64,000 nucleotides of DNA from assembly GCF_016649425.1 (NCBI RefSeq), contig NZ_JADRCR010000007.1:151934-215933 (forward strand), in the 5' to 3' direction. Of this stretch, positions 36,201-45,390 are shown piece by piece. The DNA is from Limnobaculum allomyrinae (GTDB lineage Bacteria > Pseudomonadota > Gammaproteobacteria > Enterobacterales > Enterobacteriaceae). A program made the translations under genes and the position numbers. Under the pieces are notes generated by a model. That model worked only from the letters and a program-made list of their open reading frames with translations. It searched no databases and was not told where the DNA came from. The stretch's first letter is position 1. The number at the start of each line of letters is the position of its first letter.

Positions 36201-38229
36201 TTTCGCTGCCCCCCGCTATAAAGAGGGGTATGAAAAAGGGATTCACGACCATGATGCGGTTGCAATTCTACGCAAGCTACTACCGGTTGGGGAAAGCGCC
36301 GACCTGCTGCGTTTCAATCCACTGGCTCGTAGTCTCGCCGTTTTGCTATGGCAATATAAGTACTCAGAAGAGTTACCATCCCTGTGGCCTGAACGCGCCC
36401 GTACCAGCCTGAATATTAAACAACTATTCCGCAGCGATGCCGGTCTGCTAGACCTACAGGCAGAAATAGAAGCGGAACTCAGTCTGTTTCTGGAACAGTA
36501 CCCTATTCCTTGCCAACCGTATCAGCAGTCACAGGCGGCTGAATACCTTAGCCTGGTCTTGGGGAGAACACCATTAGAGTTCAGCTTTAGCAAATATGCT
36601 CGTACCCTGTCGGAAGGATTACAGGCTCAGTTGGAAAAAGCTCACATGTGGAGTGATTTTAGTCACTCACAACAAAACCTGGGTAATCGCTTATCTCAAC
36701 GTTGGATGCTGATAGAAAACTGGCTAAAGGGATTATGTTCTCTGCCTGAGTATCAGGGACTAACCGAATATATTCCGGAAGCCGTGGTACTGATGTTACT
36801 GGATAAATCAGTCATTACCCGCTTCAGTGAAGTTGATTTACATTTCAGCGTCAGTGACCTGATGGGGGAACACCCTCGCATTCAACAGCAGACGCTAACC
36901 TTAAGTCTGGATGACTATTTCAGCCGTATGCGCTACCAGCGTAAGGTATTTATTCCTGCCTACCAGCGTTATCAATCAGTCAGACAACAAGTATTAAATC
37001 AGCAACGCAATCAACTGCGTTTACATGAGTTTAAAGCACGCCCTCTGAGCTCTTTCGTACGTAACAAACTGATTAATGATGTTTATCTGCCTATCATTGG
37101 TGACAACCTGGCGAAACAGATTGGGGCCATTGGTGAAGGTAAACGAACTGACCTGATGGGGCTACTGTTAATGATCTCCCCACCGGGTTACGGCAAAACG
37201 ACTCTGATGGAATATATTGCTAACCGCCTGGGTCTGATTTTTATGAAAATCAACGGGCCAGCATTAGGTCATGATGTTCTTTCTCTGGATCCGGAGCAGG
37301 CGCCTAACGCTACCGCTCGCCAGGAGTTAGAAAAACTCAATCTGGCATTAGAGATGGGCAACAACGTGATGTTATATGTTGATGATATTCAGCATACTCA
37401 TGCGGAATTTTTACAGAAGTTCATCTCATTATGTGACGGTACCCGGCGTATTGAAGGGGTCTGGAAAGGTAAGACTAAAACCTATGATATGCGCGGTAAA
37501 AAATTCTGTGTTGTGATGGCTGGTAACCCTTACACCGAATCCGGTGACGTCTTCAAAATCCCGGATATGTTGGCAAACCGCGCGGATATTTATAATCTGG
37601 GTGAAGTATTAGGCGGTATGGAAGAGGCATTCGCTCTCAGCTATATCGAAAACAGCCTGACCTCTAATCCTGTGCTGGCTCCTATGGCACTGCGGGATAT
37701 GAATGACCTCTATCTATTAGTCGATAAAGCACTGGGTAAACCTTTCTCCAGTAATGCTCTTAGCCACCAATATAGCGAAGCTGAAATTAGTGAGATTGTC
37801 GCTATTCTTGAACGTATTATGGCTATGCGTGACGTGGTATTAAAAGTGAATCAACAGTACATTGCCAGTGCGGCACAGTCTGATAAATACCGTACCGAGC
37901 CAGCCTTCAAGCTACAGGGTAGCTATCGTAATATGAACAAACTTAGTGAGAAAATTTCAGCCGTTATGAACCCGGCAGAAGTCCGTCGAATCATTGACGA
38001 CCACTATTTAGGCGAGGCGCAGTTACTCACCAATGGCGCTGAAGAAAACCTGCTAAAACTGGCTGAAATCCGCGATATGATGTCCCCTGAAGAAGAAAAA
38101 CGCTGGGCTCAAATTAAGCATGACTTTATGAGGAATAAATCATTAGGTGGTGACAATACAGATATCGGAGGACGGGTTGTTGCACAGTTAGCCGATCTGG
38201 TTGAAAGCGTTCAGGCCTTAAGGAATTAG
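33292..38229 (+). CDS. Giant multidomain protein (about 1645 aa): beta-rich N-terminal region, long coiled-coil/helical middle, C-terminal MoxR/AAA_5-type AAA+ ATPase domain
   Basis: Start chosen at ATG 33292 (aaggga 12 nt upstream); the track's 33268 is a TTG. C-terminal Walker A LLMISPPGYGKTTLMEY, Walker B VMLYVDDIQH, and AAA_5/MoxR-like sensor segment VVMAGNPYTESGDVFKIPDMLANRADIY. Central heptad-rich segments. No recognisable partner VWA domain. Confidence 0.7.
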   Translation: MSDNQVNNRDRELLDNAVAEGGAYDILRKRLSEQGQQLHEKAWTLNERRLAEFGKSQMDIIGRIRIRTENNCVARDIVRVGEWLLFGYNVFIGLKKETRIEDVFSLYRLTEQNGEYDVEPVALSGTFLNITSFVQDFNELYTYYKNTQLLQLVERDGKLLASFQIGERITDIRVFRWSISSDKKEIKYIDNRGERDIALPPAYDFEWHKTTRENTVNGRYPHMNILDTVFVETIGGDLTIKCENNTEDGLGIYREAVLDKTQSLDDAQIEYAQTGSLILLKILPYREESWRYLVYNTLTQTAQRIDAIGLACIQLPEDHGIIFPGGYYLQNGEYKTFDQPMTGMRFRRIRRSPNGEDVLYIFYEPNFGRIALFNYNMIERKLQNPLFGHGYAMLEDGRMVLFEGQSDEPTRIHPMQVWQTPFYSDEYAALQPAKNSFFGRIGNAELVRGISDLYHIAREIEQQQISSQLYEKLSLDAKRLIDIYYWLNDEHSLHASILLKEIANTGELVLDEYEKVESIRRQSSRAMNEATSRQKQLLSSMLPDSWINAQQFVDALNELNVQRGHLITLRDYRYIDLASLDEMEQQLTASQERISLATAEFLASEKALQPFTLQLQELEKQTQEARNSAQLNEPLAGMDKMSADLDMLSNLMASLKFEDTTQQTGIIESISEIYARLNQARARLQQRRKEQGSVESVAQFGAQFKLFSQGITNALTLASDPERCDEQLSRLLVQLEELESQFSGQEEFLGDILSKREELLETFETHKQSLLDERQRKSQNLQVAAERLLDSLRRRTAKFLTLDELNAFFAADPLSLKTREIIERLRELKDSVKADDIDAKFKAARDQAIRSLRDKSEIFEDGGSVIKLGPRHRFSVNTQELDLTILPRGEQLYLHLTGTDYQEPIDSSELEALKDYWNIAIESESPEVYRAEYLAYSLIYAASKEQDGLTFDLLKAQQNQPEILEKTVRDFAAPRYKEGYEKGIHDHDAVAILRKLLPVGESADLLRFNPLARSLAVLLWQYKYSEELPSLWPERARTSLNIKQLFRSDAGLLDLQAEIEAELSLFLEQYPIPCQPYQQSQAAEYLSLVLGRTPLEFSFSKYARTLSEGLQAQLEKAHMWSDFSHSQQNLGNRLSQRWMLIENWLKGLCSLPEYQGLTEYIPEAVVLMLLDKSVITRFSEVDLHFSVSDLMGEHPRIQQQTLTLSLDDYFSRMRYQRKVFIPAYQRYQSVRQQVLNQQRNQLRLHEFKARPLSSFVRNKLINDVYLPIIGDNLAKQIGAIGEGKRTDLMGLLLMISPPGYGKTTLMEYIANRLGLIFMKINGPALGHDVLSLDPEQAPNATARQELEKLNLALEMGNNVMLYVDDIQHTHAEFLQKFISLCDGTRRIEGVWKGKTKTYDMRGKKFCVVMAGNPYTESGDVFKIPDMLANRADIYNLGEVLGGMEEAFALSYIENSLTSNPVLAPMALRDMNDLYLLVDKALGKPFSSNALSHQYSEAEISEIVAILERIMAMRDVVLKVNQQYIASAAQSDKYRTEPAFKLQGSYRNMNKLSEKISAVMNPAEVRRIIDDHYLGEAQLLTNGAEENLLKLAEIRDMMSPEEEKRWAQIKHDFMRNKSLGGDNTDIGGRVVAQLADLVESVQALRN

Positions 38230-38236
38230 AACAGCA

Positions 38237-38809
38237 GTGAAACTGTGGATACAACAGCGCATTAAAATCCTGAGTCTGATAACCGTCATTCTCGTTGGTT
38301 TACAATTGGTGAATACGCTGACCGGTGGGTTTCTGAACCATTTTGGTATTCTGCCCCGTTCAGCCCAGGGATTATTGGGTATTTTATTTTCGCCTTTTTT
38401 ACATCAGGACTGGCAACACTTATTAAGTAATTTACCCATATTGCTTATCTTAAGTGCACTGTTATTAACGCACTCGGTGCGTTACTACATTAGTGCCAGC
38501 GCTTTTATTATTTTATTCGGTGGACTGCTGGTATGGGTTTTTGCCCGTAGTGCTATTCATATTGGTGCCAGCGGCTGGATCTTTGGCTTATGGATGTTAT
38601 TGCTGGCAAACGCATTCACTCGAAGAAAAATACTCGATTTTATTTATGCTGTATTAATTCTTCTTTATTACGGAGGATTAGCTTCAGGCTTGTTGCCAGG
38701 TGCCCCGGATATTTCCACCGAAGGCCATATTGCTGGCGCTGTGGCTGGTCTCTGTTTTGCACTGATAACCAGAAAACTTATTCCAACCAATAAGACAAAC
38801 ACCCCTTAG
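38237..38809 (+). CDS. Rhomboid-family intramembrane serine protease (minimal 6-TM core)
   Basis: 190 aa, GTG start 8 nt after the giant gene's stop. HxxxN (HLLSN), GxSG catalytic serine (GASGWIFG) and TM6 catalytic His (GHIAGAVAG) are all present. Confidence 0.75.
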   Translation: MKLWIQQRIKILSLITVILVGLQLVNTLTGGFLNHFGILPRSAQGLLGILFSPFLHQDWQHLLSNLPILLILSALLLTHSVRYYISASAFIILFGGLLVWVFARSAIHIGASGWIFGLWMLLLANAFTRRKILDFIYAVLILLYYGGLASGLLPGAPDISTEGHIAGAVAGLCFALITRKLIPTNKTNTP

Positions 38810-39008
38810 CTTTATAAAAAAGCTAATAAAATTACATTTCAGGATGATTATCTGCCTAAATCACTGTGAACGCGGCATTATCACAAGACACCCTTATATC
38901 TTTCCCATCAAAAAAACTAATCTTCCGGTTTTAGCTAACAAATTTGACATTAACGTCTTTATTTTACTTTCTGATTACCGCAAACTATCAGCGCTTTATA
39001 CTAGCGTC

Positions 39009-39054
39009 TCGTTCGAAATTAGAATAATTAAAATATACCGCGGTTTCGTTCGAA
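39009..39054. promoter_or_regulatory. Direct repeats t(c/t)tcgttcgaa x2, 37 bp apart, flanking an accgcggt palindrome, 65-110 bp upstream of the PLD-like gene
   Basis: tctcgttcgaaatt (39007-39020) and tttcgttcgaatac (39044-39057); each contains the palindromic ttcgaa core. Confidence 0.3.
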
Positions 39055-39118
39055 TACATAAGTTTTGGTAAGCAGAATCTATTTACTTATCTCATTGATT
39101 TATGGATGAAAGCAGGTT

Positions 39119-39802
39119 ATGGATAATAAAGAACTCGAGCACTATCTTGAAAATACTCTGGCAGATTTAACCTTAAGTCAGAGCGAACGCGTAAAACTGA
39201 GAGAATTAAGTCAGGTTCTGGATACTGAGCAATCTGGATTTATGCGTAATCGCGCTTTTGATTTAGTTCGGGCTCAATTAAATGCCGCACCGGAAAATCT
39301 TCAGCCAGTATTAAAGTGGCTGGAAATGGTGATCAAAACCATTGATATTGCTAACCAACGCCAAAAAGTCACCTCTTCTGCCTGTTTTTCACCGGGAGAT
39401 AGCTGCCGAAAAAAAATCTGTGAAATACTGGCACAAACCACATCAAAAGTAGATATCTGCGTATTTACTATCGCCGACGATATCATTACAGAATCAATCC
39501 TTGCCGCTCATCAACGTCAGGTTCAAGTAAGAATTATTACTGATAACGAAAAATCTGAGGATGATGGCAGTGATATTGAGTATCTACAGCGTAAAGGTAT
39601 TTCGATTGTGATGGATAATAGCCCCTATCACATGCATCACAAATTTGCCATGTTTGACGATCGCTACTTACTCAATGGCAGTTTTAACTGGACCAGAAGT
39701 GCATCCCAATATAATTATGAGAATATTCTTGTAACTGATTCCCCTACGCTACTCGCCTTTTATCAACAGGAGTTTACCCGGCTGTGGCAGCGATTCAGTT
39801 AA
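39119..39802 (+). CDS. Single-HKD phospholipase D/Nuc-like family protein (putative nuclease or phosphodiesterase), cytoplasmic
   Basis: 227 aa; HKD motif HHKFAMFDDRYLLNGSFNWT (HxKx4Dx6GSxN); about 90-aa helical N-terminal extension; no signal peptide. Confidence 0.7.
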   Translation: MDNKELEHYLENTLADLTLSQSERVKLRELSQVLDTEQSGFMRNRAFDLVRAQLNAAPENLQPVLKWLEMVIKTIDIANQRQKVTSSACFSPGDSCRKKICEILAQTTSKVDICVFTIADDIITESILAAHQRQVQVRIITDNEKSEDDGSDIEYLQRKGISIVMDNSPYHMHHKFAMFDDRYLLNGSFNWTRSASQYNYENILVTDSPTLLAFYQQEFTRLWQRFS

Positions 39803-39992
39803 TGATGAAATCAGGGAAAACGTGGGGAATGGAAGCGGTAAACTGGTGGTTGGCTTTTCAGTTTACCCCCCGTAAAAAGGCAGATATACTTCAAAACAAA
39901 GGGAGTATCACACTGCGCAATGATTGCATACCGTTTCTATTCATTATGCCTGCTATGCAATCCCGTGACTTTCTCCATACAACAGAAATAAT

Positions 39993-41363
39993 ATGAATAA
40001 TAAAATCAAACGCTTTATTTTTTGTAGTGGCATTGTTTTTACCCTGGCAGCCTGTTCGAATCCGCCATCACGCCAAAACTTTGATTACTCACTTTCGCAA
40101 GGACAACTCGAATTAGCGCAGAAAATTGCATTAGAAGAAGGAGTCGCTTCTGACGCAGATATAGCTACTGAGTTGCTATGGTCTCTTGAAGCAGGTTCAT
40201 TGTTGCGGATGAACAGTGAATTGGATCGTTCAACCAAAGTTTTTGATACCAGCGAAACGTTGATTAAAGAAAATGAAACACAAAATCTGGCAGCGTCCGG
40301 ATTTAGTCAAGCCGCTTCGATGGTGGTTAACGATAACATTATGAGCTATACCCCCCGGGTATATGACCGCGTAATGGTTAACACATACAAGGCATTGAAT
40401 TTTTGGCAGCAGGGTAATTTTAATGATGCCCGAGTAGAATGGAATCGGGTTGACGATCGTCAACGTCGTGCAGCTGAGTACTTCTCCAAAGAGATTAATG
40501 CGCAAAAAGATAGTGTGAAGAGTAACAACCTGAGCGATACCTATTCTGGCGCAATGGAAAGACTGGGAGATTCAGGAATTGATGTCGCTAAATGGGCACC
40601 TTACGATGGCTATATCAATCCGGCCTCGCTTTACCTGCACGGCCTGTACTTTTTGATTAATAACGAAAGTGCTGCCGATCTGAATAAAGCCAAGGAGAGT
40701 CTGAAACGTGCCTATGCTCTGACCCGCAGCAAACAGATCCGCGCCGATCTTAATCTTGCTAACGGTGGTCGCAAAGTTGCTCCTGGCGTTTGGATTGTGT
40801 TTGAAAATGGTACCGCAGCTTATAAAGTAGAACGCCGCATTGACCTACCACTGTTTTTAGTGACCAGTCGTGCTGTCTATACCGGTATTGCATTGCCAAC
40901 GCTTGAATCCGGTAGCCCGGCGTATCCTTATCTTTCAGTCAACGGAGGGAGACAAACGGAATCATTCGCCAACATGGATAAAATTATTCAGGGTGAATTT
41001 AAAACGGAATTTACAGGTATTCTGATCAAAGAGTTGACGCGTGCCGTACTAAAAACTGCGGCTCAGGCGTCGATGAGAAACTCTGATAATAAAACCGTCA
41101 GAATACTTGGAGCTCTTACCGGTATCGCCCAAGCGGTCACTACACAGGCAGATATTCGTAGTTGGCATACCCTACCCTACGAGTTTCAGGTAACCTATGT
41201 GAAATGGCCAAAAGATGGGCAGCTTCAGATTAATCCATCAGGTGGTGCTGCTATTCAGGTTGATTTACCAGCAACGCCTCAGCCGGTAGTGGTTTATGTA
41301 AGGGCATTGAATGCGAATACGGTTCCACAGGTCAATCTGTTAACCAGTAAAAACGCAATCTAG
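39993..41363 (+). CDS. Large lipoprotein (456 aa), helical TPR-like N-terminal part; first gene of a three-lipoprotein operon
   Basis: Lipobox FTLAACS; predicted secreted. Start overlaps or abuts an upstream region with no terminator. Followed 44 bp later by the LpoB-fold lipoprotein. Confidence 0.6.
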   Translation: MNNKIKRFIFCSGIVFTLAACSNPPSRQNFDYSLSQGQLELAQKIALEEGVASDADIATELLWSLEAGSLLRMNSELDRSTKVFDTSETLIKENETQNLAASGFSQAASMVVNDNIMSYTPRVYDRVMVNTYKALNFWQQGNFNDARVEWNRVDDRQRRAAEYFSKEINAQKDSVKSNNLSDTYSGAMERLGDSGIDVAKWAPYDGYINPASLYLHGLYFLINNESAADLNKAKESLKRAYALTRSKQIRADLNLANGGRKVAPGVWIVFENGTAAYKVERRIDLPLFLVTSRAVYTGIALPTLESGSPAYPYLSVNGGRQTESFANMDKIIQGEFKTEFTGILIKELTRAVLKTAAQASMRNSDNKTVRILGALTGIAQAVTTQADIRSWHTLPYEFQVTYVKWPKDGQLQINPSGGAAIQVDLPATPQPVVVYVRALNANTVPQVNLLTSKNAI

Positions 41364-41419
41364 CTCTGTTTAACAGGCAGAATTATCATTCTAATCATTA
41401 AACTGTATTGAGAACTTTC

Positions 41420-42037
41420 ATGATGAAAATTTTAAACAAAAAAACGCTTCTTGCTGCGGCTGTTGCTTTCTCACTGGTTGGTTGTGCTGAACAAGGCGCA
41501 TACTATGTTGACAGCAAAAATGACAGCGTAGCAGTTATGGGGCTGGATTATAAAGACTTTGAAATGGCAGCTACCAATATGGTTGATGACATGCTGAGTT
41601 CCGATCTGCTGGTTCATCCTCAGGGTGGTCGCTATGTATTAACCGTAACGGGTATTGTGAACGATACCAATCAGCGCATTGATACCGACCAGTTGACTAA
41701 AAAAATTCGTACCAGCCTGTTAAATTCAGGACGTTTCGTAGTGACTACTGCCATTAACGCGAATGGGCCGGAAGATGAAATGACTCGCAAAGTTCGTGAA
41801 CTGCGTAAATCAAAAATGGTTAACCAAAAAACAGTGAAGAAAGACGGACGTGTTATCGCACCTGACTTCTCATTAACCGGTAAGATCATTCAGCAGAATC
41901 AACGTGTAAACTCCAGCACTCAACAAGTTGAGTACTATTTCCAGCTAACCCTGACCAATCTGGATGATGGTTTAGCCTATTGGGAAAAAGAGTATCCAAT
42001 CATCAAGCGTGGCGACAACCGTACAGCTAGCTGGTAA
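41420..42037 (+). CDS. LpoB / GNA1162 (DUF799)-fold lipoprotein (COG3417-like)
   Basis: Lipobox SLVGCAEQ. Core resembles the LpoB C-terminal domain (LTVTGIVNDTNQRIDTDQLTKKIRTSLLNSGRFVV vs E. coli LpoB LLVDSVNNRTNGSLNAAEATETLRNALANNGKFTLV). Start placed at the first ATG (the track's 41408 is a TTG). Confidence 0.65.
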   Translation: MMKILNKKTLLAAAVAFSLVGCAEQGAYYVDSKNDSVAVMGLDYKDFEMAATNMVDDMLSSDLLVHPQGGRYVLTVTGIVNDTNQRIDTDQLTKKIRTSLLNSGRFVVTTAINANGPEDEMTRKVRELRKSKMVNQKTVKKDGRVIAPDFSLTGKIIQQNQRVNSSTQQVEYYFQLTLTNLDDGLAYWEKEYPIIKRGDNRTASW

Positions 42038-42110
42038 TGATTGTCTGGCGTAATGTTGCGAATTAATTCGCAGCATTACAAAACCAACTTAATCCATTAG
42101 GGATGTCCGA

Positions 42111-43490
42111 ATGAAAAAATGGATCCTGGTACTTGTCGCTTTCTTCGCGTTTTCATCTGCTGCTTATGCAAAAATTGAAACCGTTGAAGCACAAGGATAC
42201 GGTGAAACCTACGAAAAAGCAGTTGATGCCGCACTGGCCGATGCCGTTCGTCAGGTTAATGGAATGACCGTTTCAACACAGTCAGAACGTGCTGGTAACT
42301 ATGTTCGCATCAATGATAAAAGCGATGCTAGTGGTGATGTTAAAGGTACCAGCGTTCAGGACGACCAAAATAAAGATGATTCCTTTCTGAGTAATAAGAA
42401 AGGTAATAGTACTTATACCGAAAATATCAACATCAACGCTGCTGCGAACAGTAATCGTGATGTTACGGTCAATGCCGGCCAGAGTGCACAAATCAATACT
42501 CAAAGTGCGGGTATCGTTAAAGGGTATAAAGTAAAAACCCGTGATTGTGATACTAAGGGCTGTACGGTTGTCTTAACTGTTGAGGTTGATAAAGTTGAAC
42601 GTAAAACTTCACAGGCATCTTCTCAGCGTGACCGTTTAGCCATTATTACTACAGGCAACCGTAGTCGTTCAGCCTTTGCCAATACGCTTCGTCAGGAAAT
42701 CACCGATCGCATTGTACAGTCACAACGTTTTACCGTACTGGATCGTAGTGCTACTAACGAAAAAGCCTTTGCTCAGGAAGAAAAGATGTTGGAAGGCCGT
42801 TCTGATAATGCCGCCAGCGTCGGGCAAACAGCCCTGCTTGCTGACTATATTCTGGTCATCAATGTCACTGAAGCGGGAGTGAAAACAACCACTAAAGTCA
42901 CCAGCGTTGATTTAACCGGTGAGTTTGACGTTAGTAGTTCGCACAGAACCAAAGTAACCGTACGCTATTCCCTACTGGAAGCGGCAACCCATGGTATCCA
43001 GTGGTCTGACTCCAGCGTATTTGAACAGGGTGGCAGATATATTGAAACTGCCCGTAAGCAGATCAGTGATGTAATTGCCGATAAAATTGTCAATAAACTG
43101 ACACCAGCCAAAGTGGTTGCTGTGACTAACGGTCAGGTAGTCATTAACCGTGGTGAAGCTATGGTTTATGACGGTGACCGTTTTGATATTTATTCTCAAG
43201 GCGAGCAATTGGTCGATCCAGATACCGGAGAAGTTCTGGGAGCTGCTGAAGAGAAAGTGGCAACTATCCTGATTACCAACATTAAAGACAAAATTTCTTA
43301 CGGTATTGTTGAAAGCGGTAAGATCGATGTCATCGAGAAAGGTGCTGTTGCTCGTTTAGCTGCGCCGTTACCGAGTGAAAATAAAGCCCCAGCGGCTAAA
43401 AAGACGACGTCAACAAAACCTAAGGCAAAAGCCAAACCGGCCGCCAATGAACAGCGCCTGGGTGATTCAGGCGGCGTGTTTTTGAAATAG
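42111..43490 (+). CDS. Secreted CsgG/LpoB-fold family protein (459 aa) with Lys/Ala-rich C-terminal tail
   Basis: Signal peptide (AFFAFSSAAYAK). Central segment RLAIITTGNRS...RFTVLDRSATNEKAFAQEEKMLEG...ADYILVINVTEAGVKTTT has a CsgG-like pattern. C-terminus is AKKTTSTKPKAKAKPAA. Confidence 0.55.
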   Translation: MKKWILVLVAFFAFSSAAYAKIETVEAQGYGETYEKAVDAALADAVRQVNGMTVSTQSERAGNYVRINDKSDASGDVKGTSVQDDQNKDDSFLSNKKGNSTYTENININAAANSNRDVTVNAGQSAQINTQSAGIVKGYKVKTRDCDTKGCTVVLTVEVDKVERKTSQASSQRDRLAIITTGNRSRSAFANTLRQEITDRIVQSQRFTVLDRSATNEKAFAQEEKMLEGRSDNAASVGQTALLADYILVINVTEAGVKTTTKVTSVDLTGEFDVSSSHRTKVTVRYSLLEAATHGIQWSDSSVFEQGGRYIETARKQISDVIADKIVNKLTPAKVVAVTNGQVVINRGEAMVYDGDRFDIYSQGEQLVDPDTGEVLGAAEEKVATILITNIKDKISYGIVESGKIDVIEKGAVARLAAPLPSENKAPAAKKTTSTKPKAKAKPAANEQRLGDSGGVFLK

Positions 43491-43814
43491 TCGTCATCAG
43501 CTACAAAACTTTATCAATAGCCAACCTCAGGGTTGGCTATTTTTTTAGTCTCGGTTTTTCTCACCACTCTGACATTTTCCATATCAAAAACGATGCAATC
43601 AACGGGCGATCAGCATTATTATTGATGGAATATTGTATCCCTTCTTGCTGAACACAATTTTCGCTAAATAGAGGATAAAATCAGTAGTGGGATTTAATCT
43701 GTTTAAATAACTGAAAACCTCAATCCATTTTGATTTGTTATTTAATGCGTTTTCCAATTAAACGCCCAATATTAGCTAACATATCCCTGACAACGACAAT
43801 CAATGGTGCTGAAT

Positions 43815-44969
43815 ATGTTTAACTTTGATTATTACAACCCGACTCGCATTATGTTTGGTACCGAACGTATCAAAGACCTTGGTGCCCAATTACCTGAAGA
43901 TGCCAAAGTGCTAATCACCTATGGTGGTGGAAGTGCAAAAAGGTATGGCACCATCGATGAAGTGATCCAATCATTAGGAAAACGAAAGTACATTGAGTTT
44001 GGTGGTATTGAACCCAATCCTCACTACGATACTTTGATGAAAGCAGTCGAAATCGTTAAAGCAGAAAAAATTGATTATTTGATTGCGGTTGGTGGTGGTT
44101 CTGTCATCGATGGTACTAAATTCATTGCTGCCGCAGTTTATTTTGAGGGCGATGCCTGGGAAACATGGATTAGTAACGCACCATTAAAACAAGTCTTGCC
44201 TATTGGCTGCGTATTAACTCTTCCGGCGACTGGCTCAGAGATGAATGGTACAGCAGTAATTAGTAATACCGCGCTCAATGCGAAGTTAAGTCATAAACAT
44301 CCCCTACTCTTCCCACGCTTTGCCATTCTTGATCCAAGAAAATCTTATACACTTCCAACCAAACAAATGGCAAATGGTGTGGTAGATGCTTTTGTTCACG
44401 TTGCCGAACAGTATCTGACCTATCCGGTATATGGCAAAGTACAGGACCGCTATGCTGAAGGATTAATGTTAACCTTAATTGAAGAAGGTCTAAAAGCCTT
44501 AAAAGAACCTGAAAACTACGATGTCAGAGCCGCCATTATGTGGAGCGCCACTCAGGCGTTGAATGGCCTCATCGGTGTTGGTGTACCGCAAGATTGGGCC
44601 TCACATCGTATTGGATACTATTTTACTATCTACCATGGTCTTGACCATGCCCAAACATTAGCCATTCTTCTTCCTGCGGTATTAGATGTGCAGAGAGAAA
44701 ATAAACGGCTAAAACTACTGCAATATGCAGAAAGAGTATGGCAACTCACTGAAGGATCTGACGAAGAACGGATAAATAGTGCGATTATTCTTACTCGCCA
44801 ATTCTTTGAAAGTATGGGGCTACCGACTTATCTTAGAGCATACGGAATCCCTGAATCAGCTATTGAAGAAGCAATTAACTATTTAAAAAGATTTAATTTA
44901 TTACCTCTCGGAGAGCATAAAGATATCTCAGTAATAGAAGTCCGAAAGATTTTAAGTTTAAGTTACTAG
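43815..44969 (+). CDS. Iron-containing (group III) NAD(P)H-dependent alcohol dehydrogenase, YqhD/DhaT-like
   Basis: Start at MFNFDYYNPTRIMFG (GGTG SD 6 nt upstream), paralleling YqhD MNNFNLHTPTRILFG. Contains GGGSxxD and Fe-ligand His motifs. Confidence 0.85.
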   Translation: MFNFDYYNPTRIMFGTERIKDLGAQLPEDAKVLITYGGGSAKRYGTIDEVIQSLGKRKYIEFGGIEPNPHYDTLMKAVEIVKAEKIDYLIAVGGGSVIDGTKFIAAAVYFEGDAWETWISNAPLKQVLPIGCVLTLPATGSEMNGTAVISNTALNAKLSHKHPLLFPRFAILDPRKSYTLPTKQMANGVVDAFVHVAEQYLTYPVYGKVQDRYAEGLMLTLIEEGLKALKEPENYDVRAAIMWSATQALNGLIGVGVPQDWASHRIGYYFTIYHGLDHAQTLAILLPAVLDVQRENKRLKLLQYAERVWQLTEGSDEERINSAIILTRQFFESMGLPTYLRAYGIPESAIEEAINYLKRFNLLPLGEHKDISVIEVRKILSLSY

Positions 44970-45177
44970 TACTAATCGGCAGAGAATAATAATACTATAA
45001 ACGCTTGTTCATTCTCTGCCGACATACTATTATATATGCGTCAACGGGACGATACCGTCGATACTCTGGTATAATATTATTCACCAAGCAGTTTATCACC
45101 TAACGTAACATTTACTTATGCTAGTTTGGCTCGCTTGGGCTACCATTCAATTTAGTCTGCAATAAAAGTAAAATATA

Positions 45178-45390
45178 ATGTGCGATATTGATTATTTAAT
45201 GATGTTCCGCAAATGCTCTAATCACGATAGCTTAGAGCGCCTTTATGATAAATTAAATTATTCTTTAGTGGATAATAATGTATTAGCTAATATGTATCGT
45301 GCTGCCGATCATCGTCGTGCAGAATTAGTAGCAGGTAAACTATTTGACTTAGGTAAAGTACCTAAAACCATCTGGTCTCAGGTCAAATAA
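45178..45390 (+). CDS. Hha/YmoA-family small nucleoid-associated modulator (H-NS co-regulator paralog)
   Basis: 70 aa. [18 protein letters not shown] ... [17 protein letters not shown] aligns with Hha DYLMRLRRCQTIDTLERV ... SAADHRLAELTMNKLYD. Confidence 0.7.
   Translation: MCDIDYLMMFRKCSNHDSLERLYDKLNYSLVDNNVLANMYRAADHRRAELVAGKLFDLGKVPKTIWSQVK

Noticed and set aside
38844-39071. 75-aa ORF between the rhomboid and PLD genes
   Set aside because: It has AT-rich low-complexity translation, no SD, and spans the putative promoter and repeat region of the PLD gene.
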